Shown in pieces: positions 51,115-63,996 of a stretch of 64,000 nucleotides of DNA. The stretch is from assembly GCA_977020255.1 (NCBI GenBank), contig CDROCS010003345.1, forward strand, positions 124,001 through 188,000, given 5' to 3'. This DNA is from Obrimoposthia wandeli. Its lineage: Eukaryota. The notes under the pieces were generated by a model. That model saw nothing but the letters and a program-made list of their open reading frames with translations, was not told the origin of the DNA and did not search any database. Each line of letters opens with the position of its first letter. Position 1 is the stretch's first letter. The position numbers and the translations under genes are program-made.

Positions 51115-52864
51115 ACATTCATTTCAAATTATAATCATCAACTTTCACAGACATTCACTTATTTTAATTAGCTTATATTTAATGACTTTTCTGACGTGTA
51201 TCTGTAAAAACAGAAGAGACAAAATTGAACTAATAGCAGATAAATGATATTCAATTCTACTTAGAAAAAATATTAACTGAACACCCTAACTGTTATATGC
51301 GCAAATAAACCAGATACGTGAACATAAATTTCCTCATAACATTCAAGTTCGATCGATCTTTGACATTATATTTGATTTATCTTAAATTATTCAGACTTTG
51401 AAAGACGATTTCCCATTCAATCTGTTTCTCGGTATGTTGACAAAGCTGTTGAGACTCATAAACTCGCGACATTTGATAAAAGAAACTTTGAAAACAGTGA
51501 TTGATTGTGTGATATATTCGACATTTCTCAACGATAAACGAAGTGTAGATTATATAAATTAAAGATATATTTTTATTTTTATATCGATGATAATGCAGAC
51601 AAAATAGCATTCAGAGAGATGTTTTCAAATAAATAATTTATATTAACAATAATTTCCATGTTTTTAAAAATCAAATTTCAGATTAAAATCCTCATTGTTT
51701 TCTATTAAATTAAATCATGATTCTTATTAGAAAAATATATAGTATTTCAAAAATGAATTTTAGACATCATCTTTGTGGTTAGGCAGGTGTTAACTTTATC
51801 TCAAATCTAGGGTATAGTTAACATGCGAATACTCCCAACTGGGAACATATGAATATTAAAATAATCATTTAAAAAATTACTTTTATCATTCATAACTATT
51901 AAATAACTTTACAAACTGAGAATTTTGAACTAAAGGATCAAAGTAACTCTGCCCAAATGCTCTTAAATAGTCGACACAAATTTCAAACTAAACTGGATTT
52001 GATCGAACCATTTTCTACAATTATGTATGTCGATTATATATTATATAAGCTATATTACAATTTTCATATAAATAAAACTGAAGATTAAAATCTTTTTTAT
52101 TTTGAAGTTTATATTAATTTTTGTAATATTTTTTTGTTTAACAAAAGTTATAACATTTAAAAAAAATCTTTTTATATTCAAACTCTTAATTATTTTTAAC
52201 CTATTTACAATTACATTTTAAATAAATTAATTAACCACGCAATTTGAAATATTACAAATTTTTAATAAATCATTTTTACTATTTATCTATATATATAAAT
52301 TTAGCAAATATTACGCATACATTCTTCGTAATTTATATTAACCTTAATAACATTAATATCTAGAAGATTGAAGGATTTACCTATGTTATTTGGTCACAAT
52401 ATCCCATATCCACGCGAATTTTTATCCATTGAAGTAACTAAGCATGATTGTTTATAAATTTTTGCCAATATTCATTCTAGTTTCACAAATAATTTCACCA
52501 ATAAATAAAAGGCCTCAACTTATTTAGATGATTTAATTATATTAACTTAAAGAGAAATCATTTAATTTTTTTTCAAAAATCAACAGTTTCAAAACTTATT
52601 GTTTAAAACAAATTGCTAAAAACAAGTAATTTATTAAAATGTTTCAAAATTATTTTTCAAAAGTTTTTTGTAACTTTAATTATTATTATATTTATTTCTT
52701 AAATTTATATTTAATTATCAAAAAGTTATAACAAATAAATTATAAAATAAAAAAAACAAAGATGTAGTTATTTTGAGAAGTGAAAATGTATTTTAGAACC
52801 ACTTTTATTTAATACTTTGTTCTAAGACAGTACATTTTAAATTAATTGTAAAGTGCATATAATT

Positions 52865-53060
52865 GAAGGTAAAAATAAGACACAATTAATTGATGAAATA
52901 ACGAGAGGAAAAGCATTTTATCATATAACTAAAGAATTAGATGTGAATACAAATACTGTTAGAAAATTTTGAATTAAGTACCGAGAGTTAGGTAAGATCT
53001 CAAGAACAATTGGTTCTCATTAAACAACTAGAAATACGATATGTTCTATTAAAAAGGATA
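52865..53060 (+). pseudogene. Tc1/mariner N-terminal HTH relic
   Basis: GKAFYHITKELDVNTNTVRKF..KYRELGKI resembles the G.S...IA..L.V...TV......Y...G pattern. Confidence 0.4.
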
Positions 53061-53209
53061 CGTATTATTCAATTTCTGAAAGATTAAAGCATTTAAGTGA
53101 TCAAATGAACGTTGTATTAAAGTTTTATTCTTTATTTCCTTTTATAATTTTTATCATTTTCTTCCAGTAATATTTTTGTTTAATAATATAAATATTGTGA
53201 TTATTACAT

Positions 53210-53640
53210 CAAGACTTGATTCTCAAAATTATATTCTTTTTAATGTCAGCTTATCAATTAAATGACATGCAAAAAATTCTGAACATAGCCGTCAGAATTA
53301 TATTCAAATTCAAGAAAATGCTAGTACAATTGAACATTGAAGCTCCATTGTCTGATCAGTGTCAGAATTGAATTCAAGATCCCACTTATTTTCAGAAAAT
53401 GTATTCTCTTAGAAAAGCTCAAATATTTATATGATCTTCTCGAGCCTGATGCAGTAACCATGTATATGCATTTTAGAAACCAAAATGGTGACTGCAGGTT
53501 AGTTAAGAAATTCTAAAATAACAAACAGTTATGGAATATTTGAAATTTATGCTCCGAATCTCCGAGATTACCGATGAATATAAGAAACTGTAACAATGTT
53601 GGAAAATTTAAGAAGCATATGTAAATTCAGAAAATACTAC
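53210..53640 (+). mobile_element. LINE (CR1/L2-like) 3' relic
   Basis: Shares blocks with 11400-11900 and 7400-7450. Confidence 0.45.
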
Positions 53641-53879
53641 AAAGATTAATGCAAAGCTTTTAGATATTAGCCCATTATTAAACATATATGATGTACTCAG
53701 AACCAGAAAAATCCTACCGGCAATATTTGTTTGTAAAATTCCATATATACATGTATATATATTGTGTTTGTGGAATCTGACTCTTCTGAATTATGTCTAC
53801 GATGGAAAAAATAACTGGCGACCACGCGGAAATAAATGTAGTGACGAAAAATCAAGCAAAAAATATTCTCGAGTCTATG

Positions 53880-55200
53880 CCATAAGAGAATGATGTTTCA
53901 GTACAACATAAGAAGATATGATGAAACGAGTTCAAAGGAAGGTGAAAAATGGTTGAAAGATATAAGAGAGTTGGTCAACGCAAATGATCTTAATAACGTG
54001 GATACATTTGATTTACTGTTGTCCGATGAAGCTGCATTATCATGGAAGGATGTCAGTGAAGCGATAAATTCAGCAAGTCAAAAATCGTTTGAAGAAAAAT
54101 TCTTATAAAAGAAATTCATTGTAGATAGAGTATGTGAACTCACACAGATGAACCAATTAGCAGGCAAACGTTTCTCAGTGTTCAGCATTAGTGTTAGTAA
54201 TGGAAAACAACTTTCATTAAAAATAGCGTACACAGCAAAAAACTAAAGGAACAATTATTATTAAAACCGCATATGCCAAAAGAAAAAGTAGAGGAATTGA
54301 CAAAGATTTATAGTGAAATTGAGAAAAAAGAAAGCTGAAAAAGTTCCAGAATACATATATAATACATTAAAAATAGGATACAACCGTCCTCATGACTCAA
54401 ACAATACGAAGAAACACTCACTACTAGTATCAGTACATCACAGAAAGAAGATATGTTAATGAAGTAAAAGACACATAAATAGGGATGCACAAAACAAAAA
54501 TAATAGGATTCAAATGCCTTGATTTTTCTTAAAACAAATAGATAAAAAGAAATATAATTTAGCCAAGGGACTGCCTGTTACAAAAAGTAAAGAACTTTAG
54601 CCAGGAGCATGTTTTTGTTGTGATGAGAAAGATAATTTCCGAAACCAATGTCCTCTCAATCACAAATGTTCTATTTGCAAGAAAGGTCACAAGTTCAACA
54701 GCTGCTATCTTTTAAAGAACCCACATAAAACTTCAAGAGTATATTAGAAGAAGTGGGAGAAAATAATGAAGATTTAGAAGATTGTAATAGTGACGACATG
54801 GTATTACATGATGTTAATCAAGGAAACGTGTGCGATTTCATTGCTCACATTTCGTCTGTGGGATCGAGCGTATATAACCAACGCAGAATTAAAAGATGTA
54901 TATGAAGATGACGGTCGCGAATGGAATATAATGAGTATTTATGATGTAGATCTTGAAATGGTATAGGATTCCTGAGCGTCAGTTACTGTAGTGAGTAAGG
55001 ATTGTTGGAAGAAAGTAGGATGTCACAAAATGAGACAGTAATTTATATCTGGGTGGAGTTTTTTCGAGTAGTCATCAACAACCTTTATGTAGGTTTAAAA
55101 CTAAAGTGTTGTGAATTGGAAAGGAGAATGTTCGTATTAGAAGAAATTAAATCAGATTTATTGGTGGAATCTATACAATGAATACATTTGGGATAACGCT
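53880..55200 (+). pseudogene. LTR-retrotransposon gag-protease relic
   Basis: Gag-like ORF 53890-54108; two zinc-knuckle remnants CFCCDEKDNFRNQC and CSICKKGHKFNSC (~54600-54715); decayed DS-ASVTVV protease motif (~54960). Confidence 0.65.
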
Positions 55201-55754
55201 GCAGGAAGTATGTAACTTGGACACGTCGTGTATAACGTTTTCCTCGAAAGAAATAACAGATAAAATATGTAATTCTTTAAAATGCGAGACTCAATTCTAG
55301 GACATTATATTGAGGAGTTTGGAAAAATATTTGTGTTATAAATTTGATTAAGGATATACCAAAATTGGCTTCTATAAAATATTTAAACGATATTTAAATG
55401 ACATAGACCTACTAATAAAATATTCTAAATCCATGCCAAATAATTTATAAGTTTGTTTGTTAAGATAAAAAACGCGTGAATAAAGTACAAAGTAATAAAA
55501 AAATACTATAGTCTTCTAATTAAGTTTATTTTACAATTTTCAATTACTTATTTATATTTCAACACCAGAGGTTTGACTTTACCTCATTTACAGTTTCGAA
55601 ATTTTATAAATTTCTTAAATTCTCATCATCCGAAAGTTAATTTTTTACGATATAAATTCTAAATAATTTGTGACCATTTCCGTGCTACACCATTCTTTTT
55701 TTACTAATCCATTTAAACTATCTAAAACATTGAAATTTGGTTATGTATTTGAGT

Positions 55755-56794
55755 GAAAATGGTAATAATATAATATAATTGTAATACAATAAAAAATATA
55801 TAAAATCAAATGAAGAAATTTAATTGTAGTGTGAAAGTTAAATTAAACTCGAAGCAATGTGATAATTATTATTTATAATTCTTTAATTAAATTCAATCAT
55901 ATCCGTAAATTACCTGATTAAATAAGATTTGAAGTAATATCATCCCATGATTTTTGGAGAAAAGGGTGCGACGGTCTGTAAATGTTTTCATTAATAACTT
56001 TTACTAATATATTTCTCTGAAATAATTTTTGTAGTTGTAAATCTATGAAATATTTAATCGCTTTGATTCATTATTGGGTAATTCAACTAACTTCTTAATG
56101 AAAAAATTGCTAAAAATACACTTTGAAAAATATTAAAGTATGTAGCTTTATAATAAGCAAATTAAAAATCTAATATTAGTTTATTTATTAAAAATTACAC
56201 TCATATTTTGCCGAGGGAACTTCGATACGTATTTTTAATAATTAGCTTATTTTACCTCTTTAGCACATTATCCCCTTTTTGTAAATTAGGCTCTAAAGTT
56301 TAGAGTGACAGTTTATCAAAACGACAAAAGTAATGCTATTTAGGACTTAAAGCTTTAAAATTTAGATATTCTTTTAGACACTTACGAAAATTACTAAAAC
56401 TCAATAAGAAATGTAACAGATTTTCTGTGTATTTACTCAATTTAGTAACTTTCTTGTGGGTAGTTCTTAGTGACATTTTATATTATTTATGCATATATAC
56501 TTTCAATTTGAAGACACTTTAGGATATTTGACATTGAAAACCAATTTAATAATTAAATTGAAGATTAATGTAGACAGTAATATATTTTTTAATAAATGTA
56601 TGAATATTTTTAATGTTATCGTTAGGAAAATGGTAATAAGATAATATAATTGTAATACAATAAAATATATATAAAATCTAATAAAGAAATTTAATTGTAG
56701 TGTGTGAAAGTTAAATTAAACTCGAAGTAATGTGATAATTATTATTTATAATTCTTTAATTAAGTTCAATCATATCCGTATAATTACCTGATTA
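55755..56794. repeat. ~165-bp direct repeats (55755-55920 and 56626-56794)
   Basis: Near-identical gaaaatggtaataa...ttacctgatta blocks about 870 bp apart. Confidence 0.8.
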
Positions 56795-58625
56795 GACAAG
56801 GAATTCGTCAACGTACTTCCGCAATAAGAACATTCGGTATTGGAACTTTTTTGCTTCGTTAAATACTTCAGAATCATATCTAGGCACATGAGCTATCATC
56901 AAATACATTTACAGGTCAATTGAAAAATAAAATTAAACATTGACTTTCCATAAATATAAATATGCCGGTTTAGCCAATTAAAATCACCTAAACAATCCCA
57001 GCACACAAGATACTTGTTGGAAAAGATTTGACTTGTAAAAAGTTAACATAAGATTTACACACTTACATTTCACCTAAACACTTACACAACGTGGTTGCAC
57101 ACACTCTTCAGTATGACTCCGTATGGCTGTCTGACGGTGTATGTATGTAAATAAAGGCTATATGTAACTGTCTAGACAACAATGATTTTTAAAATTCTAA
57201 CGACAAGACAATGTGTGTTGCAGTCTACATCTAGCTTATTTATTCTAGATTTATAGATATACCACATAAATACATATTCATAAATACATGTACTACATTA
57301 ATTCAGCGAATTATGGCAAAAAATAACTATTCAGTTTTCGGTTAAACTGAATTCTTTCAATGAAAGCTAAACAGCTGTTGTAATATTTGGATAGGCTTAA
57401 CAGCGATTTGTGTAAAGAATGTGAATGGAACTTAAATTCTTTCTGATTTAGTTCATGTAATTTAACCGTTATAAATACTTTGAGGCCCTTTCTACCCAAC
57501 TCTTGGTCAGCAAAGTAGAATCATTATAATTATCGAAATAAAATACATCAAACACCTAAGAAATCTCAGACCAAGCCAATTTTCTCCTTATAAGTTATAT
57601 TTTGATGATACTTTCAAAAATATTTGAGCAGCCGTTCGCTTTTTTGTAGTAAATTCATTATTAATAGACTTAGTTTTTATTTTACTTGATACAAACTTCC
57701 CACCGGCAAACCAATCGCAGATTTGAACTCGATGTACATTTCTACATTTGAAGTAAGCAAGATAAATAACCATTTGACAAAATATTTTTCACAAATTTTA
57801 TTATTTTCTTAGTCTAAAAAGTGTTTAATTTCGGGTTGAGTACTGGTTTGTGGACGTGCATCTTTGGAAATTAAAGGGTGTGCTTTGATTTTGATGTCAT
57901 ATTATAGCTGTGGTTTTGCCATCACCAAAAATGTATGAATGATATTATAAAGTTCCACAATGTTTTAATATTGAATGTGATTTGTGTTTTTTTTATAAAT
58001 TTCAGTGTGGAGTCCGCTATGAGGTATTATTGTGTTTCTCTTTTAATTTTATTTTGTTGTTGCAATACACGAATGGGTTTTACTTCTTTTTAATGTACTG
58101 AATCGCGGGTAAAATTTTGTTTTATTTTGAATGTGTCTAAATGTGAATGTGGGCTTGAAAATATGAAGTACTGATTTGAAATTTGCACTTTGTTATAAAG
58201 GTCACATTTTGTTTGTCAATTTTACTTTGTAAGCATTTACATAAAAAAATATATATATTTATTGCAATTTATAAATTTTAATTGACTGTATATGAATAAA
58301 ATGAATCACCAAGCTTGTTTGGCGTATCATTGTGGCTTACATAAATAATTTTCTTACTTGAATTTTCGTGACATTTCCTAACTTTTAATGATAAAGAAAT
58401 TTTACTCTGAAATGTAAAGACTTTTGAGGTTCAGAATGGACGATTTTATTAAATATTATTAAAATAATTGGCTATATTTGTTGGGAATATAATTTAATCT
58501 TTTCGAAAATTTTATTTTAATTAATCGTTTTATTAAAAAATTAATAATTAAAAGAATTCATTAAATGTTAATGAATTAATGCAATTTAGCATTTCGTTTT
58601 TTATTTCAATTGATTAACTTAATGT

Positions 58626-58680
58626 CAATCCCCGAAAGTCTTGCAACTGTTTCATACTGTTGGGCTCATCAGGGTGATGG
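58626..58680 (-). ncRNA. Degenerate type I hammerhead-ribozyme-like motif
   Basis: Minus strand ATCACC-CTGATGA-GCCCAACAGTAT-GAAAC-AGT TGCAAG ACT-TTC-GGGGAT. Core boxes and stems I and III are present; stem II is mispaired. Confidence 0.45.
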
Positions 58681-59084
58681 CTTATATCTGACTTTATAGT
58701 GGAGATTTCCCGCAAAGCCAGATATAATACTGTCAAGTAAGGGAGGCAGCATATGGAAGACTCTATCCCAGATCGAGTCGTCTCTTCTTAGTTACTTCGA
58801 TATGTGATCAAAACAGGAATAAATTTACCCCAGGTCAGTCCACCACATCTTCTCTCCATGCACAGACTACCTCTCCTACAGGCACCCTTTTCCCCACTCG
58901 CTCTCTTTCTTCCTCTTTTTAACAGAGCAGCACTAGTGGAAAATACGACCCAAATTGCCTTTGATTAAATTTATGGCTAATTGCAATTTCTAAAATACAA
59001 AATTTAATCCAGAAAATTTAAATTTTGTGATGGATTCTAATAAAAGAATATCTCTTTTTAAAACAATATATTTACAATCCAGTT

Positions 59085-60652
59085 TGTTGGGGGTTCTATA
59101 TGAAACTTTTCAGATATAGATCCTCTGATGGAGGGCCCCAACGTGAGTTCTATAGAAGCAGGACTTGTAGTTGTTTGTGGCCTACTTAAGCTATGCTTGC
59201 CTATCTCAATTTGTGTCTGAAGATTTATTATGTCTAGGTGTTGCGAAATGTGTGAAGAGCTGTGTATACCGGTATTACAAAATTCCCTTAGTGTGGTGTT
59301 GTATATGGAGTTGGTCGACACCTACTTACTTGCAAGGGTTCGGTTCAATACAACACTGTCTAAAGTAGGAAATCTTTATTTCTAAAACACACGAATTTAC
59401 GTTCTAACACGTTCTAAAAACCACAATACTAATCCTAGTTACTTTGCACAGTCTCTACACAAGTGGGGATGATCCACGTATCGACTTTAATTTAGGGTCG
59501 TTGGTTTACTAGAGTCTTTGCTCTAAAAATATGGGCAAGTTAAGGTTGTAGATTTTATGGAGCTGGTTACTCTAAAAAGATGGGCAAATTAGGTTATTGA
59601 TGTTAGAGAGCTGGTTGCTCTAAAATATGGTTTGATTTTAGAGAACTGGTGGCTCTAAAAATATGGGTTGATTTTAGAGGGTTTAACTATTTTACGGGTT
59701 CCGGTTCAGTGGGACTTGTGCAATGTGAGAAAATCAACTTATGAATATTATGTGACAATATAGAACAATTTAACTTCACACTTTTCTTCCCTAGCCCTCT
59801 CACCTCCTCCGGATATCCTTGGTTCCTTCCTCGCGCTGTCTGCTACGACTCGGCTGATCCATCGGTGTTCGAGTGTCCGGTAAGTCCTGGTTCCTGTCTT
59901 GCTTTGTGCTGCTGATCCGTTGGTGTTCGTTGATAAATTCGACCTCGGTTATCTTTGTCGATTTGACCTGTACGTCTGGTAATTTAATAGGCAAATTTAT
60001 TCCTTCTTACGCTATCTGTTCCGGCCTCAAAAAGCAAATTGGTTTCGGTGATATATTTTTCTTCGACTAATAAGTTTCTCGAAATTACTGACTCTTCTCT
60101 ATTTTTTCCGGCCGTTTTTCAGAAGCACCAACTATCATTTTTGGAAATTGTCTGCCTGAAATAATCACGTAAGTGGCTTTTAAAGTACTTAATTTACCTT
60201 CTTCTTCTCAGGCGCTATTGGACTCCAATTAGATTGAGTCTCGAAGAAATCCCTGCCGTTCGTTTCCTAGACAGCACTTATCTCGATCAGTGTGACTCTG
60301 TGGCGACTCGCTGATGCTGAGTGCTGACGGCTGGTTGCTCCCACGCTAAAGCAATTAGTTCTTGTCTCGATACGCTGGCCTTCTCCTTAATTAATCTTCT
60401 TTCTTTTCTTTTCTTTAATTAGTTCTTAATTCTTGGGCTAAATTCTTTTTTTGGGGCCTTTTTGTAAAATGTAAAATCCCTTATATACAGCACATTAAAT
60501 CATGGTCCTAAATATTTTTCCGATAAAATTCTATTTAATTTTAATTTAATTTTAATTTAATTTTATTCCTTATTTAACCTTGCTTTCAAGGATTTATTTT
60601 GCTATATAAATAATTAATTATTTTGAAAATTATTCAAAACCTAATCCTAACA
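59085..60652 (-). mobile_element. LTR (1568 bp), probable 3' LTR of a large element extending beyond the window
   Basis: tgttgggg...cctaaca termini, homologous to 44061-46158. TATA (~60480) and AATAAA (~59375) on the minus strand. Flanks agtt/tagc do not form a TSD. Confidence 0.85.
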
Positions 60653-60954
60653 TAGCTCGGGGGTTCCAAAAAAGTTACGTCCCCGAACGTATCGATTTTA
60701 ATTCACTTAATCCAAGATTTTAGAAAAAACATCCCCACTTAACTTCAAACATTCAAGATACTCATCAAACTTACCCACTTATCGACAAAATTCGGTATAT
60801 ATTTTTTGTTGTTGAATAAAATTCAGACATTGTCAACGAATGTTTATTTTAATATGTAATTTTACAAAAATGATTTTGAAGAATGAGAAGGATTAAGACA
60901 AGAAAAGGAGAAGGGAAGGAGATGGTGTTAATGTCAGGTTAGTCAATCGTCAGG

Positions 60955-61446
60955 TCAATTGTCAATAGTCAACAGCATTACCCGCTTCAAGGGCAATGTT
61001 GGGAATGTTTGAGTCTCGCCGAAATACAACTCCAGTTGTTGGAAAATGTCAAGGTGGGGGCTCTGACGAAATTGAGGGGCGCCGAAACTGTGTTGCTCAT
61101 GGGTGTTGAGCCACACTCTCCGAGCATACTGCCACGAGTGGCGGTCACAGCTAGACCGCCACACCTCTCGGGTGTTGCGCTGTGCGTCGCGACGGCGCAC
61201 AGGACAAATGGGGCATCGGCACCACTCGCCACCGATACAACTGGTGGGTGAGCGTGTGCTCTTTGAACGTCCACGGCAGTGAACCGTACAGTCTGCGAAG
61301 GGTGCCCTGCACATTGGGCAGGTGATGTTGTTGGCGGGCCGAGCTTTGGCTCACATGTATAGACATGTCTCGTGGAACCGGTGACGGCACCCGGCAGGGA
61401 TTGCCGAGGAGTCCCAGATTTTGCTGAGACAAACCGAGCATATCAT
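60955..61446 (-). pseudogene. RING-H2 protein 3 (one in-frame TGA at the conserved Trp)
   Basis: MICSVCLSKIWDSSAIPAGCRHRFHETCLYM*AKARPANNITCPMCR, followed by a Cys-rich segment CRCPIC. Confidence 0.75.
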
Positions 61447-61745
61447 CTGCGCGAATGGTGTATTGGTTAAATCACTTTCTCTATCTGAAGCTTATATGAT
61501 TTTAGACCTAATATTTTAACTTACCGAACTTTGTCTTTTATTTGGGTACGTTCACATTCTAAGTATATAAAAATTGTCTTTTTGGTTTTTTTATCAGTAT
61601 AATAATTACAATTTCAAATAAACATCATACATAAAAATGGTAAAGGTAATTTAATGTTTCACAAGATTATCCAATATAATTACAATTTATGGTAGATATT
61701 TTACCGCGGTATGCGATACACAGGGTTAGTTCATGATGTCACGTT

Positions 61746-62432
61746 TTATGTCAAAAAGTTACCTTCAGTTATTGTTGGCTGTTGGGCTGGCCTGTGCGTC
61801 GCTCCTCCACGCAGAACATACACCAGCAGTCGCAGATGTCCTTCCAGCAGTGCACGATGGGTACAACTGCTTGAAGACAATCTCAGTTGTATACGTAGTA
61901 TACCAAGAAGGATGTCCTGCACATCGGGCAGGTTGAGTAGTCGAGGGGCGTGTTGCTGTTGACAATTGGGATCCATGTCTCGAGGCACTGGACATGGAAT
62001 TTGTGTCCGCAGTTGTTGGGTTTGGAGTAGAAGTCCACAATGTCCTCGTAGCAGATGGAACATTCTCCAGACATTGCTGTGAGAGGGGTGATGTTGAATT
62101 TGGGCTCGATTAAGGGTTGGTTGTTGTGTGATATTTACACAAAAGTGGTCGGATCTTGTCGTTCTGATGTACAGAAAAAACACCAACACTCTCAAAATTT
62201 TCCAAAAAAATTCCACCTGTACATCTACATCCTCTTGGTTGGGTTCTATTATGATGAACTTTGTGAATTGTTTTCTGCATACAGGGCAACGAGGATATGT
62301 TGGATGGGGAAACTCTCCATAAGTTCTGATCCATTTTGATAAACATTCCTCGTGGTGTAGGTGGTTGCAGGCATTAGGTCTTGTTCTTCGTTCGGGTATA
62401 TCTTCCAAACATATTGGACATTCCTCAGACAT
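61746..62432 (-). CDS. RING-H2 protein 1 (3' extent uncertain; overlaps RING 2 in another frame)
   Basis: ECPICLEDI...PNACNHLHHEECLSKW...CPVCR, then hydrophobic FFWKILRVLVFFLYI. Confidence 0.8.
   Translation of the reverse strand: MSEECPICLEDIPERRTRPNACNHLHHEECLSKWIRTYGEFPHPTYPRCPVCRKQFTKFIIIEPNQEDVDVQVEFFWKILRVLVFFLYIRTTRSDHFCVNITQQPTLNRAQIQHHPSHSNVWRMFHLLRGHCGLLLQTQQLRTQIPCPVPRDMDPNCQQQHAPRLLNLPDVQDILLGILRIQLRLSSSSCTHRALLEGHLRLLVYVLRGGATHRPAQQPTITEGNFLT
61883..62074 (-). CDS. RING-H2 protein 2
   Basis: ECSICYEDI...PNNCGHKFHVQCLETW...CPMCR (C3H2C3). A Cys-rich CDCWCMFC segment follows the stop in the same frame. Confidence 0.8.
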   Translation of the reverse strand: MSGECSICYEDIVDFYSKPNNCGHKFHVQCLETWIPIVNSNTPLDYSTCPMCRTSFLVYYVYN

Positions 62433-62559
62433 TCTAAATACATGATGACAATTAATTTCTACATGAATTTTACATAATTCTACACTTGTTTGTACATTCG
62501 CTTCTACATATCTCTACATATTTTTACACACTAATTTATTTACAACCTCCTCTGCCTTG

Positions 62560-63996
62560 TCATGTCTTGATGGGAGGCGGAGGTAAGGGTCGAAATTCCA
62601 CTTCCTCCATCATGGGTGTGTTACAGCATCGTAGCTCTTTGCATCTTCGCTGTATTCTTGGGCATATCTGACTGCCTTTCACGAACACGACTGTTAGTGG
62701 AAATACTGCAGTTGAGACTACGGCCATTACGATTAAAGCATTGACTGGTGTCATTCCGCTGTCTGATGATTGGTAATCGTACTTTATTTTGATGTTTGTT
62801 GGTTTGGATGGCGTTTCTAGTGGTGCTGTTCGGTTTCTGTGTATGATGTCCGATTTTTTAATAAATCGCAGATTTGGATTTTTTGGTTTTTGTCTAAAGG
62901 GTATTAATATTCGAGATTTGAGATCCAGTGGAATCGTTCCCTTTACTCTTCTCCTCTCGATGACTGTGCTTTGGTTTCTGGAATTGGGCTTTCTTCCTTT
63001 CACCTTTGCCTTCTTTATGATTGTGTTTGGTTTCTTGGACTGGAATTTCCTGGGTCTGATCCACGTACCCATTCCACGAAATCGCCTTGTTTGACACTTT
63101 AAAGTTACATATTATATTTGACCTGTTATTACGATGATTACAGTAGAGGTTTCTTTAGCATTACTAGGGATTCGGTTACATAAACACTCTGCATCATAAT
63201 GTGGTACTAAATTTTGGGGTTGTATTGCAAATTTGATTCCGTCATCTGGATTGGGACACGCCACTGTTACCTTGTCAGTTTCTAGCAATATGAAAAATAA
63301 ATTAACGGAATTCCATACAGTTTTACGTCGTTTACCTGTGACCATAATCATGTCAATAACTTTCCAGATGCGCTCATCATTAGGCAATATTACTGATTTT
63401 GTTCGGATAACTTGGATAATCTGTTTCTTTTTATATATTGTTATTCGTAGGTATAATACCTTTTCATAATAGAATAGGATCAGTCGGTAGTAAAGTGTAT
63501 GTTTGTCAATCTTTATTTCAATCTCGCGGATAACGTACAATTTCTGATCAACATTTTCGGTTGCGGATGTTTGTAGTTGAATGTCTATTATGTGATTTAA
63601 TTTTAGTAAAGGTATTTCTATGTATAACGCACGTATCGTATCTTGTCTCCATTTACTGATCATGATCTCGTAACCAGCCTCGATCGTGGTGATTTGTATG
63701 ATCAGCATGATTCCTATTATCATTCGGTTCCGGATCTCAAGAACTTCTCTGGGATAACCCAGATTACTCATAAAGTATGGCCTTTCCTCGATACGTTCAA
63801 AAATCGTTGGCTGATATTCCGGTGCTGGTTCATTTATGAATGCTGGCCTTGGTAGTGTTGTGTCGATTTTTTGTAAATTCATTTGACCTGCTTGTCTTGC
63901 GAGATCATGACCATTCTTTTTTGATTTCAGCTCAATCTTTGTACAACAAATCAAGATAAGTAATATTAATATTATGATTCCGATAATCAATGACAT
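62560..63996 (-). CDS. Putative membrane protein ORF(s) in the env position; two in-frame ORFs separated by one TAA (63112-63114)
   Basis: Hydrophobic segments LIIGIIILILLILICC and MIIGIMLIIQITTIEA, Cys-containing middle, basic region, TM-like LIVMAVVSTAVFPLTVVFV, Cys-rich PPPP tail. May start beyond the window. Confidence 0.55.
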
